From positions 2,833-66,832 of the forward strand of contig JACOSC010000258.1 in assembly GCA_016179055.1 (NCBI GenBank): a stretch of 64,000 nucleotides of DNA, given 5' to 3'. Position numbers and translations under genes: made by a program. The notes beneath the pieces are model-generated. The model saw nothing but the letters and a program-made list of their open reading frames with translations, ran no database searches and had not been told where the DNA came from. This document shows positions 12,870 to 22,186 of this stretch, piece by piece (position 1 is the first letter of the stretch; every line of letters begins with the position of its first letter). This DNA comes from Acidobacteriota bacterium. Lineage in GTDB: Bacteria; Acidobacteriota; UBA6911; JACOSC01.

Positions 12870-15437
12870 TCAACGCCCTTCCCTTGTTCGGATTTCAATG
12901 GCGGACGCTATGCGAGTCCGAATTTCCTCGTAGATCGGAATGTCAATGCCCTCTGCGACCTCCAGCGAGATCGCAAGGCCGTAAGGGATAGGTTGCTGAA
13001 TCTTTCCGGCGTCCTTTCGACAGTTGACCTTTATCGTTAGCGCGTCTCCATCGTTCAGCGGGACGGCGCTGTTTCCCTCGAACACTTCGTGTTGGACCGT
13101 TCCCCGCCGAACCGCGCGCCAGTCTGCATCTTGACGGGTCGGGGCCAAGCCAACTCCTTCGACCTCGAACCACAGACTTCCAGTTCGATAGCGTTGCGTG
13201 TTACCCGCTACGGGGGATAGCCACGCCAGCGTCACAATCAGCCTGCGCCAGTCCCGTCTCGCTCCGAGGGATGGCGGCAAAGGAAGTCTGAATAAATTAG
13301 CTTCTTCGTCACCGAGCTGGCCGAACCCGAGCACGGTCGCCCGCTGGCTCGTGCAATCTAACACACGTGCGCTGTCCGGTGCTCCGTACCCCAGCCATTG
13401 GGAAATCCAGTTTCTAATGTGGTGCCCGTTTTCGGGCGTCTGAAGTATTTCCTGAAGGCGTGTACCAATGGTTCCCCACGAACTTCCGTGGACGATTATC
13501 GCCTTTAGCAGCGGGGCAATGTACGAATTGACTTCGATGTCGGGTGCTTGCTCCTCGAAGACTTCGAGAAGAGAATCATGACAGATCGCAGCGGTCCTGC
13601 TGATAAGCGAGGCCGAATTGCTCGTGCCGCAAGCATACGCTACTTTGGTGAGGTCGCCAGTGACCGTGCCGGGAGCTGCCACCTTGTTGCCTGGAGCGAT
13701 GCGCAACAGGCGAGGTTCAAATCGCGCATCCTGTATCGTTCCTAACTGTTCCGCATAGAGGACTCGCCCGCCATTGAAAACGATGTCGGGCTTGATCGCC
13801 CGTCTATACCCGCTGCCGAATGACGAGATCGGGCTGGGTAAGCCGTTCACGAACAGGTCTACAGCGTGGCCGAGATGCGCGACCGTCGCACTGTCGTGAT
13901 GCAATGCGCCAACGGTAATCCCGTTGATGCTTTCCGCCGGTGAAAGCAACTTGCGGTGTCTCGCATCTCCGTAAAGCGTCCTGGCTTCCTTTTCATTTTT
14001 CGACAACGCGCTGAAGTCTCCCTTTGGCACACCTGTCTCGATGTTCCTGGTGTGATTACCGGCACTGATGACAAATAGCACCTTGTACTTGACGCTCAAC
14101 CAGTCAAGTAGCCGAGCCAACGGACTCATGGTCTGGGTGAACTGTCTGCACGGATCGCCGATGGAAAAGTTGATAATCCGGATACTGGGGGCAATGGCTC
14201 TCGTGGCGCCCTCCCCCTCGAACATGCGACGGACGGCTCGATGAATGTAGTCCACTACAAGAACATCGCTAGGTATCTGCTCCGGTCGAGGTGAACGAAT
14301 CCACGGGATCGGCTTCATGATTGGGCGGATGTAAACCGGACGAGAAAGAGGAGCTTCTCCGTCGCTGAGATCGCCGTGAACAACGAGCGAGGCCATTGCC
14401 GTACCGTGTATCCGGTCGGCAGCTGTGTATTCCGAGGCGTGGCCGTCCGGGTCGTCAATAATCAGACGGTTAGCGAGCAGCGCGTGGTTCTCCAAAGGGA
14501 GCCCGTCCAAAACTGCAACGACAGGCTGTCCCGTTGGCGCGGCCATCACGCCCGCCGTGTGGTCCGAAAGTTCGTCTTCAACAGACCTTTTTCCAGTGGC
14601 CATTTGTCCAACTGGCCGAAAGAACATGACGCTGTCGCACTTGACGAGGTCCACGTCCGGGTGGTCAATGATCTGTTGGGCGGCCCGGGCTGGCACTTCC
14701 GCGAGCAACGCTTGGTAGCTGATCTCCTCTACCATCGAGTTCCCCATGATCCGCCCGCCAAGTTGCCCGATGAGGTTGTTGAGCTGTCCCTCGGCCTCCC
14801 GCCGCTTTGCTTGCGAAGCACGGAACCACAGTTCAACCTCACAACGGATTGGCCGATTACCATCGCGCGCGAGGTCCTCCCGCCACGCATCGAGCAACCC
14901 GGTCTCCTCGATCCGATCATGGACGCCCCAGCGACGAATGTCCTTAATGGAGAGGAAAACGTCACGAAACTTGGTCAAACCGCGCTCAAACCTCATATTG
15001 GGATCGCTCTGATAACGCTGCCACAACGAAAGCATCTCGTCGAGCGCCCGCAGGTTTGTCATGACGAGGTAGAGCCGCCCACTCAGTGGCTTTTCTCGAT
15101 TAACCTCGTCGTAGAAGTCGGCGTCAGGCACGATCTCGTCGGTTTCGACTTCTCCCATCCATTCAAGCCCTTGGATGCGCTTTACGGCGTTGGCGAAGTT
15201 CTCGACGCCGTCAACGGTTTCGATCACCAGAACCTGTTCCGGATCAGCTCCTGCCGCTGTCTGTTGCAACTCGACGCGTCGCGCTCTGAATTCGCTCTGA
15301 AGCCGAGCAAAAACAGGCGATAGGCGCGCTCCTTGTCGTCCGCGAGACGGCTTGTGAATCCGGCGCGGCGACGGTGGAAGAGTTGTGCGCTCAGCCGTTT
15401 CAGGCGTTGGAAACAGCAATAACGGGCGGTCGGGCAT
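12870..15437 (-). CDS. S8 subtilisin-like serine peptidase, IetS-like
   Basis: 855 aa. The catalytic triad context is retained: VVAVLDGLP (Asp), [11 protein letters not shown] (His), [11 protein letters not shown] (Ser). Its start overlaps the upstream ATPase stop (TAATG at 15435-15439). Confidence 0.8.
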   Translation of the reverse strand: MPDRPLLLFPTPETAERTTLPPSPRRIHKPSRGRQGARLSPVFARLQSEFRARRVELQQTAAGADPEQVLVIETVDGVENFANAVKRIQGLEWMGEVETDEIVPDADFYDEVNREKPLSGRLYLVMTNLRALDEMLSLWQRYQSDPNMRFERGLTKFRDVFLSIKDIRRWGVHDRIEETGLLDAWREDLARDGNRPIRCEVELWFRASQAKRREAEGQLNNLIGQLGGRIMGNSMVEEISYQALLAEVPARAAQQIIDHPDVDLVKCDSVMFFRPVGQMATGKRSVEDELSDHTAGVMAAPTGQPVVAVLDGLPLENHALLANRLIIDDPDGHASEYTAADRIHGTAMASLVVHGDLSDGEAPLSRPVYIRPIMKPIPWIRSPRPEQIPSDVLVVDYIHRAVRRMFEGEGATRAIAPSIRIINFSIGDPCRQFTQTMSPLARLLDWLSVKYKVLFVISAGNHTRNIETGVPKGDFSALSKNEKEARTLYGDARHRKLLSPAESINGITVGALHHDSATVAHLGHAVDLFVNGLPSPISSFGSGYRRAIKPDIVFNGGRVLYAEQLGTIQDARFEPRLLRIAPGNKVAAPGTVTGDLTKVAYACGTSNSASLISRTAAICHDSLLEVFEEQAPDIEVNSYIAPLLKAIIVHGSSWGTIGTRLQEILQTPENGHHIRNWISQWLGYGAPDSARVLDCTSQRATVLGFGQLGDEEANLFRLPLPPSLGARRDWRRLIVTLAWLSPVAGNTQRYRTGSLWFEVEGVGLAPTRQDADWRAVRRGTVQHEVFEGNSAVPLNDGDALTIKVNCRKDAGKIQQPIPYGLAISLEVAEGIDIPIYEEIRTRIASAIEIRTREGR

Positions 15438-16444
15438 TATTCATCGCCTCCATTTTGCTGTTTCGTCTTGACGGACCGCGCAGGCCATGTGTTTAGCGTG
15501 CGCTCGACGATTTGTTTCATGTTCGACTCTGGCTGTCCGAGCACGTACTGCCGAAAGACGCTGGCCCCGAACTCTTCCGCTTCCGCGAAACTTGCGCCGA
15601 AAAGTTTTTTTGCCAGCGTCTCTGGCGTATAGTCAAGCGGAACCTTGACGCGTCGCTCAAACTTGGCGAACCACTCAGCCAGTCGCGCACGCGTAGGCTC
15701 GGGCAACGTCATGCGGACTTGGAATCGACGCCATACGGCCCGGTCGAGGAGCTCGGCATGGTTGGTCGCCCCGATAACGACGACATGGCTTGGAAGCGAG
15801 TCAATCTGCATTAACAGGGAACTAACGACCCGCTTTATCTCACCGGTTTCGTGCCGGTCGCCGCGCTCCTTGCCCAGGGTTTCAAACTCGTCGAAGAAAA
15901 GAACGCATTTTCTGGTGCTCGCATGCTCAAGCAAGCGCCGCAGCCGCACAGCCGTTTCTCCGAGATATGCCCCGACGACGCCTTCGTACCGCACGACAAG
16001 CAACGGAACCATGAGTGCGCGGGCGATAGCTTCCGCCAATGATGTCTTGCCGTTACCAGGAGGGCCGATCAGGAGAATCCGGTTACGTGGTTCGAGGTTA
16101 TACGACCTGAGCAGATCGGTCCTGTGGTGCTCCTGAACTAATTCGCGGGAAATTTCCACCACGTCCTTCGGCAACACCAAGTCTTCAAAGTCGCGTTCGG
16201 GCATCACCTCCTGAACAAGGTTTGTCACGCGCAGGTCCAGCGTGGCGCTTCCATTGGCCGTGGGTTTCTCCGCTGGGACCGACCGGAGTAGCTCTTCCAG
16301 AGCACCTGCGAGAACGGTGTGTTTTTTTGCCCTTTCCTCGGCGATGATCGCCTCGACGACCTTTCGGAACTTGGCCTTATCGCCAGTCATCCCGAGTCGG
16401 ACGAGGTCGGTTAGTAGATCCGCTCTAGCCATCGGTGCCTCCAT
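15437..16444 (-). CDS. AAA+ ATPase, IetA-like
   Basis: 335 aa. Walker A LLIGPPGNGKTSLAEAIA, Walker B VLFFDEFE, and a sensor/arginine region VIGATNHAELLDRAVWRRF. Confidence 0.8.
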   Translation of the reverse strand: MEAPMARADLLTDLVRLGMTGDKAKFRKVVEAIIAEERAKKHTVLAGALEELLRSVPAEKPTANGSATLDLRVTNLVQEVMPERDFEDLVLPKDVVEISRELVQEHHRTDLLRSYNLEPRNRILLIGPPGNGKTSLAEAIARALMVPLLVVRYEGVVGAYLGETAVRLRRLLEHASTRKCVLFFDEFETLGKERGDRHETGEIKRVVSSLLMQIDSLPSHVVVIGATNHAELLDRAVWRRFQVRMTLPEPTRARLAEWFAKFERRVKVPLDYTPETLAKKLFGASFAEAEEFGASVFRQYVLGQPESNMKQIVERTLNTWPARSVKTKQQNGGDE

Positions 16445-16450
16445 CCATCT

Positions 16451-17749
16451 TCATGCTTCGCCCTCCTTGCTCTGCACGATGGCAGGCACTTCGAGTTCGC
16501 CGCTCAGCAACTTTGGGAGAAGCGCGTCCCGCAGCTTCTCCAGCTTTTTTGACTGGAAGTCGTTTGCCCTCGTCTTGCGGAGTGCGGGCTGGACCATGTT
16601 TCCAAAGGCGGTTGCCACGCTTTCTGATGGAACGGTTACTTGGAACCGGTCGAAGCAAGTGGCCGGAACCCGCTGGCGGCCGGAGGTCCCGGTCATGTTT
16701 GCTATGGCGTGCTCGCGGAACCTGTCAGAGCGCGCTAGGAAGTACGTGAACTCGGGCGGCAGCGGCGGCCCGCTGCAAAACACGATGTACTCCGTGGACC
16801 CCCATCCGATTTCGTCCCTGTCGAGGAAATCCACGAAGGCGGTTTTCCCGTTTTCGAGGCAGGGCGTGATGCGTGCCACCAGAATATCGCCGTTGCGGAA
16901 CCTCGATCCCGAGCTGAATTCACGCCTTGGCCATCCTGCCGGACGGGATAGCTGCGTCGGCATGGCGCTCATTTCCACGTAGGGCGCTGCTGTTCCGCGA
17001 GAAAGACTGCGACTTGGGTTGACTTCGATTGCCTCGGGTAGAGACTTCACCGTCCATCCCTCCGGAATCTCGCCAAGCTCCGAGTCCTCAAACTCGTCCG
17101 GGAAGAGGTCGGCGATGGCCTGGGGCAGGCCGGGGTCGCGGCCTTCGGCCTTGGCGCGGACGGGGTCGAAGTCGATGAACCAGTTCTTGAAGAGCGCCGC
17201 CGCCATCTTCTCCAACGTCCGGTTCACCCGGCGGTTCAGCTCGATCTTGTCGTCCAGCATGCCGAGGACGTGGGCGATGCTCCGCTGTGTCGGAAGCGGC
17301 GGAATGGTGGCTTCGAATCCGGAGAGCGATTCGGCGGGGACACGCTGTCTGCCCGAGGTGCCCGTCATCTGAGCGACGGCGAACTGGTGGAACTCGGACC
17401 ACTTTGTCAGGTAGTAGGCGAAGTCGTTCTCCGTGACGTTCTCGCGGCCCCGGATAACGATAAACTCCGTTGATCCAAAACCCGGACTTGTCTTGTCAGT
17501 CGGTCGGAAGCGGGCGATTTTCCCGTTCTCAAGGCATGGGGTTATGCGCGCCATCAAGGTGTCGCCCGAATGGAAGCGCGCACCCCCGCCTGTGAACTCC
17601 CGGTGTTCCGACTCGCTAACACTCCGGGCTGTCGGATCGACAGCCGCCATCTCGACGAACGGGTAGACCTTGCCCTTCGTGAGTGGCACGGACGGATTGA
17701 CCGTTACCGCTTGTGTGAACGGATACATTGTCCAACCATTATTTCCCAT
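16451..17749 (-). CDS. hsdS: Type I restriction-modification specificity subunit (HsdS), two target-recognition domains
   Basis: 432 aa. It has duplicated conserved blocks (ITPCLENGK.., MTGTSGRQRVPA..) and a central and a distal coiled-coil spacer (LEKMAAALFKNWF; LEKLRDALLPKLLSGEL). Confidence 0.85.
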   Translation of the reverse strand: MGNNGWTMYPFTQAVTVNPSVPLTKGKVYPFVEMAAVDPTARSVSESEHREFTGGGARFHSGDTLMARITPCLENGKIARFRPTDKTSPGFGSTEFIVIRGRENVTENDFAYYLTKWSEFHQFAVAQMTGTSGRQRVPAESLSGFEATIPPLPTQRSIAHVLGMLDDKIELNRRVNRTLEKMAAALFKNWFIDFDPVRAKAEGRDPGLPQAIADLFPDEFEDSELGEIPEGWTVKSLPEAIEVNPSRSLSRGTAAPYVEMSAMPTQLSRPAGWPRREFSSGSRFRNGDILVARITPCLENGKTAFVDFLDRDEIGWGSTEYIVFCSGPPLPPEFTYFLARSDRFREHAIANMTGTSGRQRVPATCFDRFQVTVPSESVATAFGNMVQPALRKTRANDFQSKKLEKLRDALLPKLLSGELEVPAIVQSKEGEA

Positions 17750-18965
17750 CGCTCGCCCCCTTCCTGCCTTCGCGACGGCGACGCTTGCCGGGCGACTTCC
17801 TGGCTTGCGGTTTTTCGGGACCGGCGAGCTCCTTCTGAATCTGCTGGACCGTCGGCAGTTTGCCCTTGAGGTCGTCGGGCAGGCTTTCGACCAGCCTGGT
17901 CACGTAGCGGGCCACGCCGACGGGCTTGGCGAGGTCGCGCAGGGCGTACTCAGCAATGACCCGGCTGCGGGTCTTGCAGAGGATGATGCCAATGGACGGC
18001 TTGTCTTCGGGATGGCGCAGGAGATCGTCCACGGCCGAGAGGTAGAAGTTCATCTTGCCCGCGTGCTCGGGCTTAAAAGGCCGGGCCTTCAGGTCGATGA
18101 CGACGTAGCACCGCAGGCGCAGGTGGTAAAAGAGCAGGTCGAGGTAGAAGTCCTCGCCGCCCACGTCCAGATGCACCTGCCGGCCCACGAAGGCGAAGCC
18201 CGCGCCGAGTTCCAGCAGGAACTTGCGGATGTGATCCAGGAGCCCCCGTTCCAGGTCGCGTTCGGCCGCGTCGGCGCGCAACGTGAGAAAGTCGAAGTTG
18301 TAGGGGTCGCGGACGACCTCGGCGGCCAGGTCCGAGTGCGGTGCGGGCAGCGAGGCCTTGAAGTTGGTGATGGACCTGCCCTGTCGGGCGTGGAGATCGG
18401 ATTCGATCCAATGCGTGAGCATGGCGCGCGACCAGCCGTTGGCGACGGTCTGCCGGGCATACCAGAGGCGGGCGGAGGGGTCTTTCACCTTCTCCATGAG
18501 CCACACGTTGTGTCCCCACGGGATTTCTGCCACGGGTTGTGGCAGACTCCGGCCGTCCAATTCTCGCACAAGCTGTGCGAGTTTTGGCGGCTCCCCGCTT
18601 TCTCGCACAGCCCGTGCGAGAACTTCCTCCGTCCAGGCGAGATAGAAGGCCCGCATCCGCCAGATGTTGGCCTCTGAAAAGCCCGCAACGTCCGGGAACT
18701 CGCGCCGCAGGTCGGCCGATAATTGTTCCACGACGGCCTTGCCCCAACCCTCGGCGCGCTGACGCTTGACGATGGACCTGCCGATATGCCAGTACAGGGC
18801 GATGAGTTCGCGGTTGACGGACAGCGCCGCTTTGACCTGCGCCGCTCGGATGCGGGATTCCAGGTCTTCCAGCAGTTCGCCGTAGCCGACCGGAATCTCT
18901 CCGGCGTCTGTCGACTGCGTGATAGCTTTTCCCGTTCTTGATGGCTTCGCCTTGTTATTCGCCAT
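17739..18965 (-). CDS. DUF1016 / YhcG-family PDDEXK nuclease-domain protein
   Basis: 408 aa. N-terminal block LIALYWHIGRSIV..GWGKAVVEQLSADLRREFPDVAGFS..NIWRMRAFY is typical of the family. The C-terminal core is PD-(D/E)xK-like (DLLFYH..CYVVIDLK). Basic C-terminal tail. Confidence 0.7.
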   Translation of the reverse strand: MANNKAKPSRTGKAITQSTDAGEIPVGYGELLEDLESRIRAAQVKAALSVNRELIALYWHIGRSIVKRQRAEGWGKAVVEQLSADLRREFPDVAGFSEANIWRMRAFYLAWTEEVLARAVRESGEPPKLAQLVRELDGRSLPQPVAEIPWGHNVWLMEKVKDPSARLWYARQTVANGWSRAMLTHWIESDLHARQGRSITNFKASLPAPHSDLAAEVVRDPYNFDFLTLRADAAERDLERGLLDHIRKFLLELGAGFAFVGRQVHLDVGGEDFYLDLLFYHLRLRCYVVIDLKARPFKPEHAGKMNFYLSAVDDLLRHPEDKPSIGIILCKTRSRVIAEYALRDLAKPVGVARYVTRLVESLPDDLKGKLPTVQQIQKELAGPEKPQARKSPGKRRRREGRKGASDGK

Positions 18966-19016
18966 AGCCCAGCGCCTCCAGAAAGAAGTTTGAAGGGTGA
19001 AGAGTGAAGGGTGAAA

Positions 19017-19373
19017 TCATGATCTCTTGGCCTTGAGTTTCTTGACGATGCTTGTCAGTATGGCGATTATTTCATTGCACTCGTTTATCAGGTCTTGAAG
19101 CTGGTTTTTGGAGACGAGATCTCCGGCATCCAAGAGCCGAAGCCAATAATGGGTTTCTCGCGCTTCCTTGCAAGCAATGCTGTATTTCGATAGAAAATCA
19201 GCCTCGCTTTGCGAAGCCTGACCTTCTTCAATATTTGCTCCGATGGATGTTCCTGACCGCAATAGTTGATGCGCCAGCGTGCGACCCGTTCCTAGCTTAT
19301 CGTCCAGAACAGCGCACAGCGTCACAATACGCTTTGCAAAAGAAAAAGTTCTTTCCGGCAAATCAGATTTCAT
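19017..19373 (-). CDS. Four-helix-bundle protein (23S rRNA intervening-sequence protein family)
   Basis: Internal ATG at 19373 gives MKSDLPERTFSFAKRIVTLC.. then SIGANIEEGQASQS..DFLSKYSIACKEARETHYWLRLL. The 5' part of ORF 19017-19610 is a shadow frame of the hsdM remnant. Confidence 0.75.
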   Translation of the reverse strand: MKSDLPERTFSFAKRIVTLCAVLDDKLGTGRTLAHQLLRSGTSIGANIEEGQASQSEADFLSKYSIACKEARETHYWLRLLDAGDLVSKNQLQDLINECNEIIAILTSIVKKLKAKRS

Positions 19374-19389
19374 TTCACCATTCTCACTT

Positions 19390-19593
19390 CTAACTTCCCC
19401 CTTCATCAAAGCCAAGTCTTGAAAAATTGGCTTTGATGGTTGCGTCCAGCTCCGTCGCCTCGGCCATCTTCTCCTCGAAGGGGACGTGCTTGTACTCGGC
19501 GGCGTCCATGTTGCCGCGCAGCTTGTCGGCGGCCGCCCACAACTTGTCCTCGAAGCCAAGGTTGGCGCCCGTGTTTTTTTTCTGCTTGGCCAT
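19390..19593 (-). pseudogene. hsdM: hsdM remnant: the N-terminal ~37 aa of a type I methyltransferase fused in frame to its last ~30 aa
   Basis: [37 protein letters not shown] is the canonical HsdM N-terminus. It runs straight into [30 protein letters not shown], which looks like the C-terminal coiled-coil tail. The whole catalytic domain is missing. Confidence 0.7.
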
Positions 19594-19754
19594 TTATCTA
19601 TCCAGTCCACGTGGCGGTTCGCATGGAGCCGCTTCAGTTCGTCTCTTCTCCCGGCTTATAAGTGCCGCCATCTCGGATCCGCCTTTATTCGCCTAACGCG
19701 GGATCGGGCCGTTTACCGTCAATGACCAACCAGTTTCGCCGTATGGCACATAGA

Positions 19755-19780
19755 CCCGGTCGCTACCACTCCCGGTTCTG
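19755..19780. repeat. REP family R1, right arm only (CCCGGTCGCTACCACTCCCGGTTCTG)
   Basis: It matches the right arms at 765-790 and 57531-57556, including the preceding ATGGCACATAGA. The left arm is degenerate. It sits at the upstream border of the R-M island. Confidence 0.6.
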
Positions 19781-19809
19781 TATCCGTGCAGACCCCCGGA
19801 ACAGTTGCC

Positions 19810-20418
19810 TTAATTCTTATCACTCGTTACCTTTTTCAAGGCGTCTTCAACGAGTAGGTTGTTGACTAACAGGCATCGATATTCAATGATAATTGCGAGA
19901 AGATTGATCGCTACGGCGATGTACCCCAGCCACCCGTGCACCGATGCCAATAGACCGCGGGAGGTCGCGGCACCGCCACCCAGTATGGTTGCGGCCATAG
20001 TGCCTAATATGGCAGCGGTGATGTGCGGAGAAGCTTTGGACTTGCAAGAACGCATCTGACTTAAAATGGCCGGATCTAATTTATGACGGGCGGACCAATC
20101 CTTAATTTGTTTAGTCATCCCGATAAAATAAAAGAAAGTCATGCTGTGCGAGAAAATGGATAAGAAGGCGGCCGGGATTGCCATGTTAAAATGATTGCGA
20201 AAATTACTGTGCGTGACGGCATGCAGATGGCCAAAGTAGGCGGCTGCACAGAGCCCAACCCATGACAGTACGTTAGCTATGAGAAGTCCTAGAGCCATAA
20301 ATTCCCGCGAGGCGCACGCCTCATACCTACAGTGGCTCAGGCTTACCGTCTGAGGGCCTTCGGCGAGATCGCTCTCGGTAACGGAAACTCTCAGACGTAA
20401 TGCTTGTGCCACTGCCAA
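19810..20418 (-). CDS. Hypothetical integral membrane protein (about 4 TM segments)
   Basis: ORF 202 aa. The more likely start is ATG 20298 (MALGLLIANVLSWVGLCAAAYF). No recognisable family. Confidence 0.45.
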   Translation of the reverse strand: MAVAQALRLRVSVTESDLAEGPQTVSLSHCRYEACASREFMALGLLIANVLSWVGLCAAAYFGHLHAVTHSNFRNHFNMAIPAAFLSIFSHSMTFFYFIGMTKQIKDWSARHKLDPAILSQMRSCKSKASPHITAAILGTMAATILGGGAATSRGLLASVHGWLGYIAVAINLLAIIIEYRCLLVNNLLVEDALKKVTSDKN

Positions 20419-20696
20419 GGGCCGACACTCCGCCTTTACCTAAAACCGGCGAAATTCGTGGACCCCATAAATTAACTAGATCTGCAACAAGTCTTAACTT
20501 ACCAGACCACTTTTTTCTGCTTTAGCATTCAACCAAGGTCAACGCGACAGGCGCGAAGTCCCTCGAACGACGCCTTACGCTAGCGGTAGTGAAAGAGGCA
20601 CTCCGCCTTGAACGCTGCGGATAAGGTGCGGCGTGCGAGCGCCGCCGCCTCCTGCCATGCGTGAGCGTGCCGCACGCCGACACCTTACTGCGCTTG

Positions 20697-21287
20697 TTAG
20701 GTGGCGGTCCCATTTCCCACCGTGAATAGCGCTGTTGGCGCTGCCCGCCCCAGCGCTTCGTATAGAAAGTGATCGACAAGCGAGCGCGTTGCACGGCAGC
20801 CTGCCGCGAGCGGAGCAGGCTGCAGCCTCTCGCTGCCTATCGTCAGATGCGCCCCGCCCTTGTGGCCAGCACGAATAGTCTGAACAAGACCGTTGATCGC
20901 GGTGACGTCGTCCGACAAGTGGGCCAAGACCCGCTCGACGGTGAGAAGGTCCAGACCAAAGTGCCGAAGGGTGAGAGTAGTGCACCGTTGATGGCGGTAT
21001 TCCGCGAGCTGATCCTGCGTCGGGTTCAGGCCGACTCCCAAACTCTCCAGCATGGCACGGCACGACATGAAACCGTGTTCCACCACAGCATTGCTGAAAA
21101 CCGTCACAGTTGGAGCCTGAATCACCATCATGGGGTGGGAAACCGTAATCGTCGTGACATGTGCATTGCCATGGTGCTCAAGAAACAGGGACACGTGGTA
21201 ACAGAGATCGATCGCGGTTAGCTTATAGGGAATGTGCTCATTCAGAAACTTTTCCTGCAGTTCAGGTGTCATGATGCTCACCGCCAC
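20697..21287 (-). CDS. Hypothetical protein, no family recognised
   Basis: 196-aa ORF co-directional with and directly upstream of the membrane protein. Alternative start at 21272 (MTPELQEKF). Its C-terminal third overlaps GC-rich shadow ORFs. Confidence 0.4.
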   Translation of the reverse strand: MAVSIMTPELQEKFLNEHIPYKLTAIDLCYHVSLFLEHHGNAHVTTITVSHPMMVIQAPTVTVFSNAVVEHGFMSCRAMLESLGVGLNPTQDQLAEYRHQRCTTLTLRHFGLDLLTVERVLAHLSDDVTAINGLVQTIRAGHKGGAHLTIGSERLQPAPLAAGCRATRSLVDHFLYEALGRAAPTALFTVGNGTAT

Positions 21288-21363
21288 CTAACGACCAAGC
21301 TCACCTGCCGCTATGGAGCGTAGCGGAATAGCAGTCAGGTGCCGCGCCTTGTTAGGCATTAAT

Positions 21364-21654
21364 TTAGATTCTGTGCTTCCAGTATTCTGGATCTCTATGT
21401 AAATGCATAATAGCCACAATGTATATTCCTTCTTTTTCTTCTGAATATAGGATTCCATATGGAAACCTCCGAACTAACGATCGCCGAATGTCCTCCTCAA
21501 TAACAGGCCAAGCTTTTGGAAAAGATACCGTTCTTTCGATAGTTAAATACACTTCAACAGCGAAGTCGTATCCCAATCCCGATTCCTTTTCCTCATAATA
21601 CTCAATTGCCTCAATGAACTCGACTTCCGCTTCGGGATGAAACAAGTAGTTCAT
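21364..21654 (-). CDS. Type II toxin, RelE/ParE superfamily
   Basis: 96 aa. MNYLFHPEAEVEFIEAIEYYEEKESGLGYDF...RFPYGILY...IYIVAIMHLHRDPEYWKHR is a typical ParE-like plasmid-stabilisation toxin. It overlaps the antitoxin stop by 4 nt. Confidence 0.8.
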   Translation of the reverse strand: MNYLFHPEAEVEFIEAIEYYEEKESGLGYDFAVEVYLTIERTVSFPKAWPVIEEDIRRSLVRRFPYGILYSEEKEGIYIVAIMHLHRDPEYWKHRI

Positions 21655-21875
21655 TTTGAGAACCTATTCCATATTCTTTTAAATACTTCTTCACCTGGCA
21701 CTGCTTCTACCTTCCCAGAACGAATTTCCTCCAATCGTCGCTTAGCTACTGCTGCCCATTTTTTATCTATTTCCAATTCTGGTGGATTCAGACTTTTCAA
21801 TAATAAATCAACAACCATTGCTCTTTCTTCAACAGGCAATGAGATTACTTCTGCTATGATATCTTTTGTCTTCAT
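21651..21875 (-). CDS. Putative addiction-module antitoxin component (TIGR02574-like)
   Basis: 74 aa. ..IIAEVISLPVEERAMVVDLLLKSL..IDKKWAAVAKRRLEEIRSGKVEAVPGEEVF. It is translationally coupled to the toxin. Confidence 0.75.
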   Translation of the reverse strand: MKTKDIIAEVISLPVEERAMVVDLLLKSLNPPELEIDKKWAAVAKRRLEEIRSGKVEAVPGEEVFKRIWNRFSK

Positions 21876-21943
21876 ATCACATTTACCTCTATGTATTTTA
21901 TGCCTAACATATGATTAGCCCACGGCTAACCGAGCTATACGCC

Positions 21944-22168
21944 TCATGTCCCTCCAAATCCGATTTGGACCTTGCCGTGATCAACAATGACGGGAACTCT
22001 ACGATCGCCACCGCTGTATTTAAGCATTCGATCAAGACTGGCCGTATCAGCCAGGACATTAATATAATCAAACGCAACCCCTTTTTGCTCGCAGTCCGCA
22101 CGGGCTGCCGACGTATAGGGTCAGGTATCTTTCCCAAAAATAAGCGTCATTCTCTTATCCCTGCTCAT
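21944..22168 (-). CDS. Glutaredoxin-like small redox protein with in-frame UGA (candidate selenocysteine) at the first active-site position: U-P-Y-T
   Basis: Not in the ORF track. My translation is MSRDKRMTLIFGKDT-[TGA 22121-22123]-PYTSAARADCEQKGVAFDYINVLADTASLDRMLKYSGGDRRVPVIVDHGKVQIGFGGT*. AGGAGG lies at 22173-22178. The pattern matches Grx/NrdH-type proteins (..IY.K..CPYC......L...G..F..........SG...VP.I...G..IGG). Confidence 0.6.
22087..22112 (-). promoter_or_regulatory. SECIS-like stem-loop immediately downstream of the in-frame UGA
   Basis: RNA GUCGGCAG C CC GUGC GG A CUGC GAGC. Counting from the U of UGA as 1, pairs are G16-C33, C17-G32, A18-U31, G19-C30, a C20/A29 mismatch, C21-G28 and C22-G27, with apical loop G23 U24 G25 C26. 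Confidence 0.5.
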
Positions 22169-22186
22169 AGAGCCTCCTATGTTTTA

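Noticed and set aside
22121-22123. TGA reassignment (genetic code 4 or 25) as an explanation for the interrupted glutaredoxin-like ORF
   Set aside because: The same ORF terminates at TGA, and other well-supported genes here (for example the RibB-like gene and the GT9 glycosyltransferase) also end at TGA at the expected positions. The standard code applies. Sec or a pseudogene are the remaining options.
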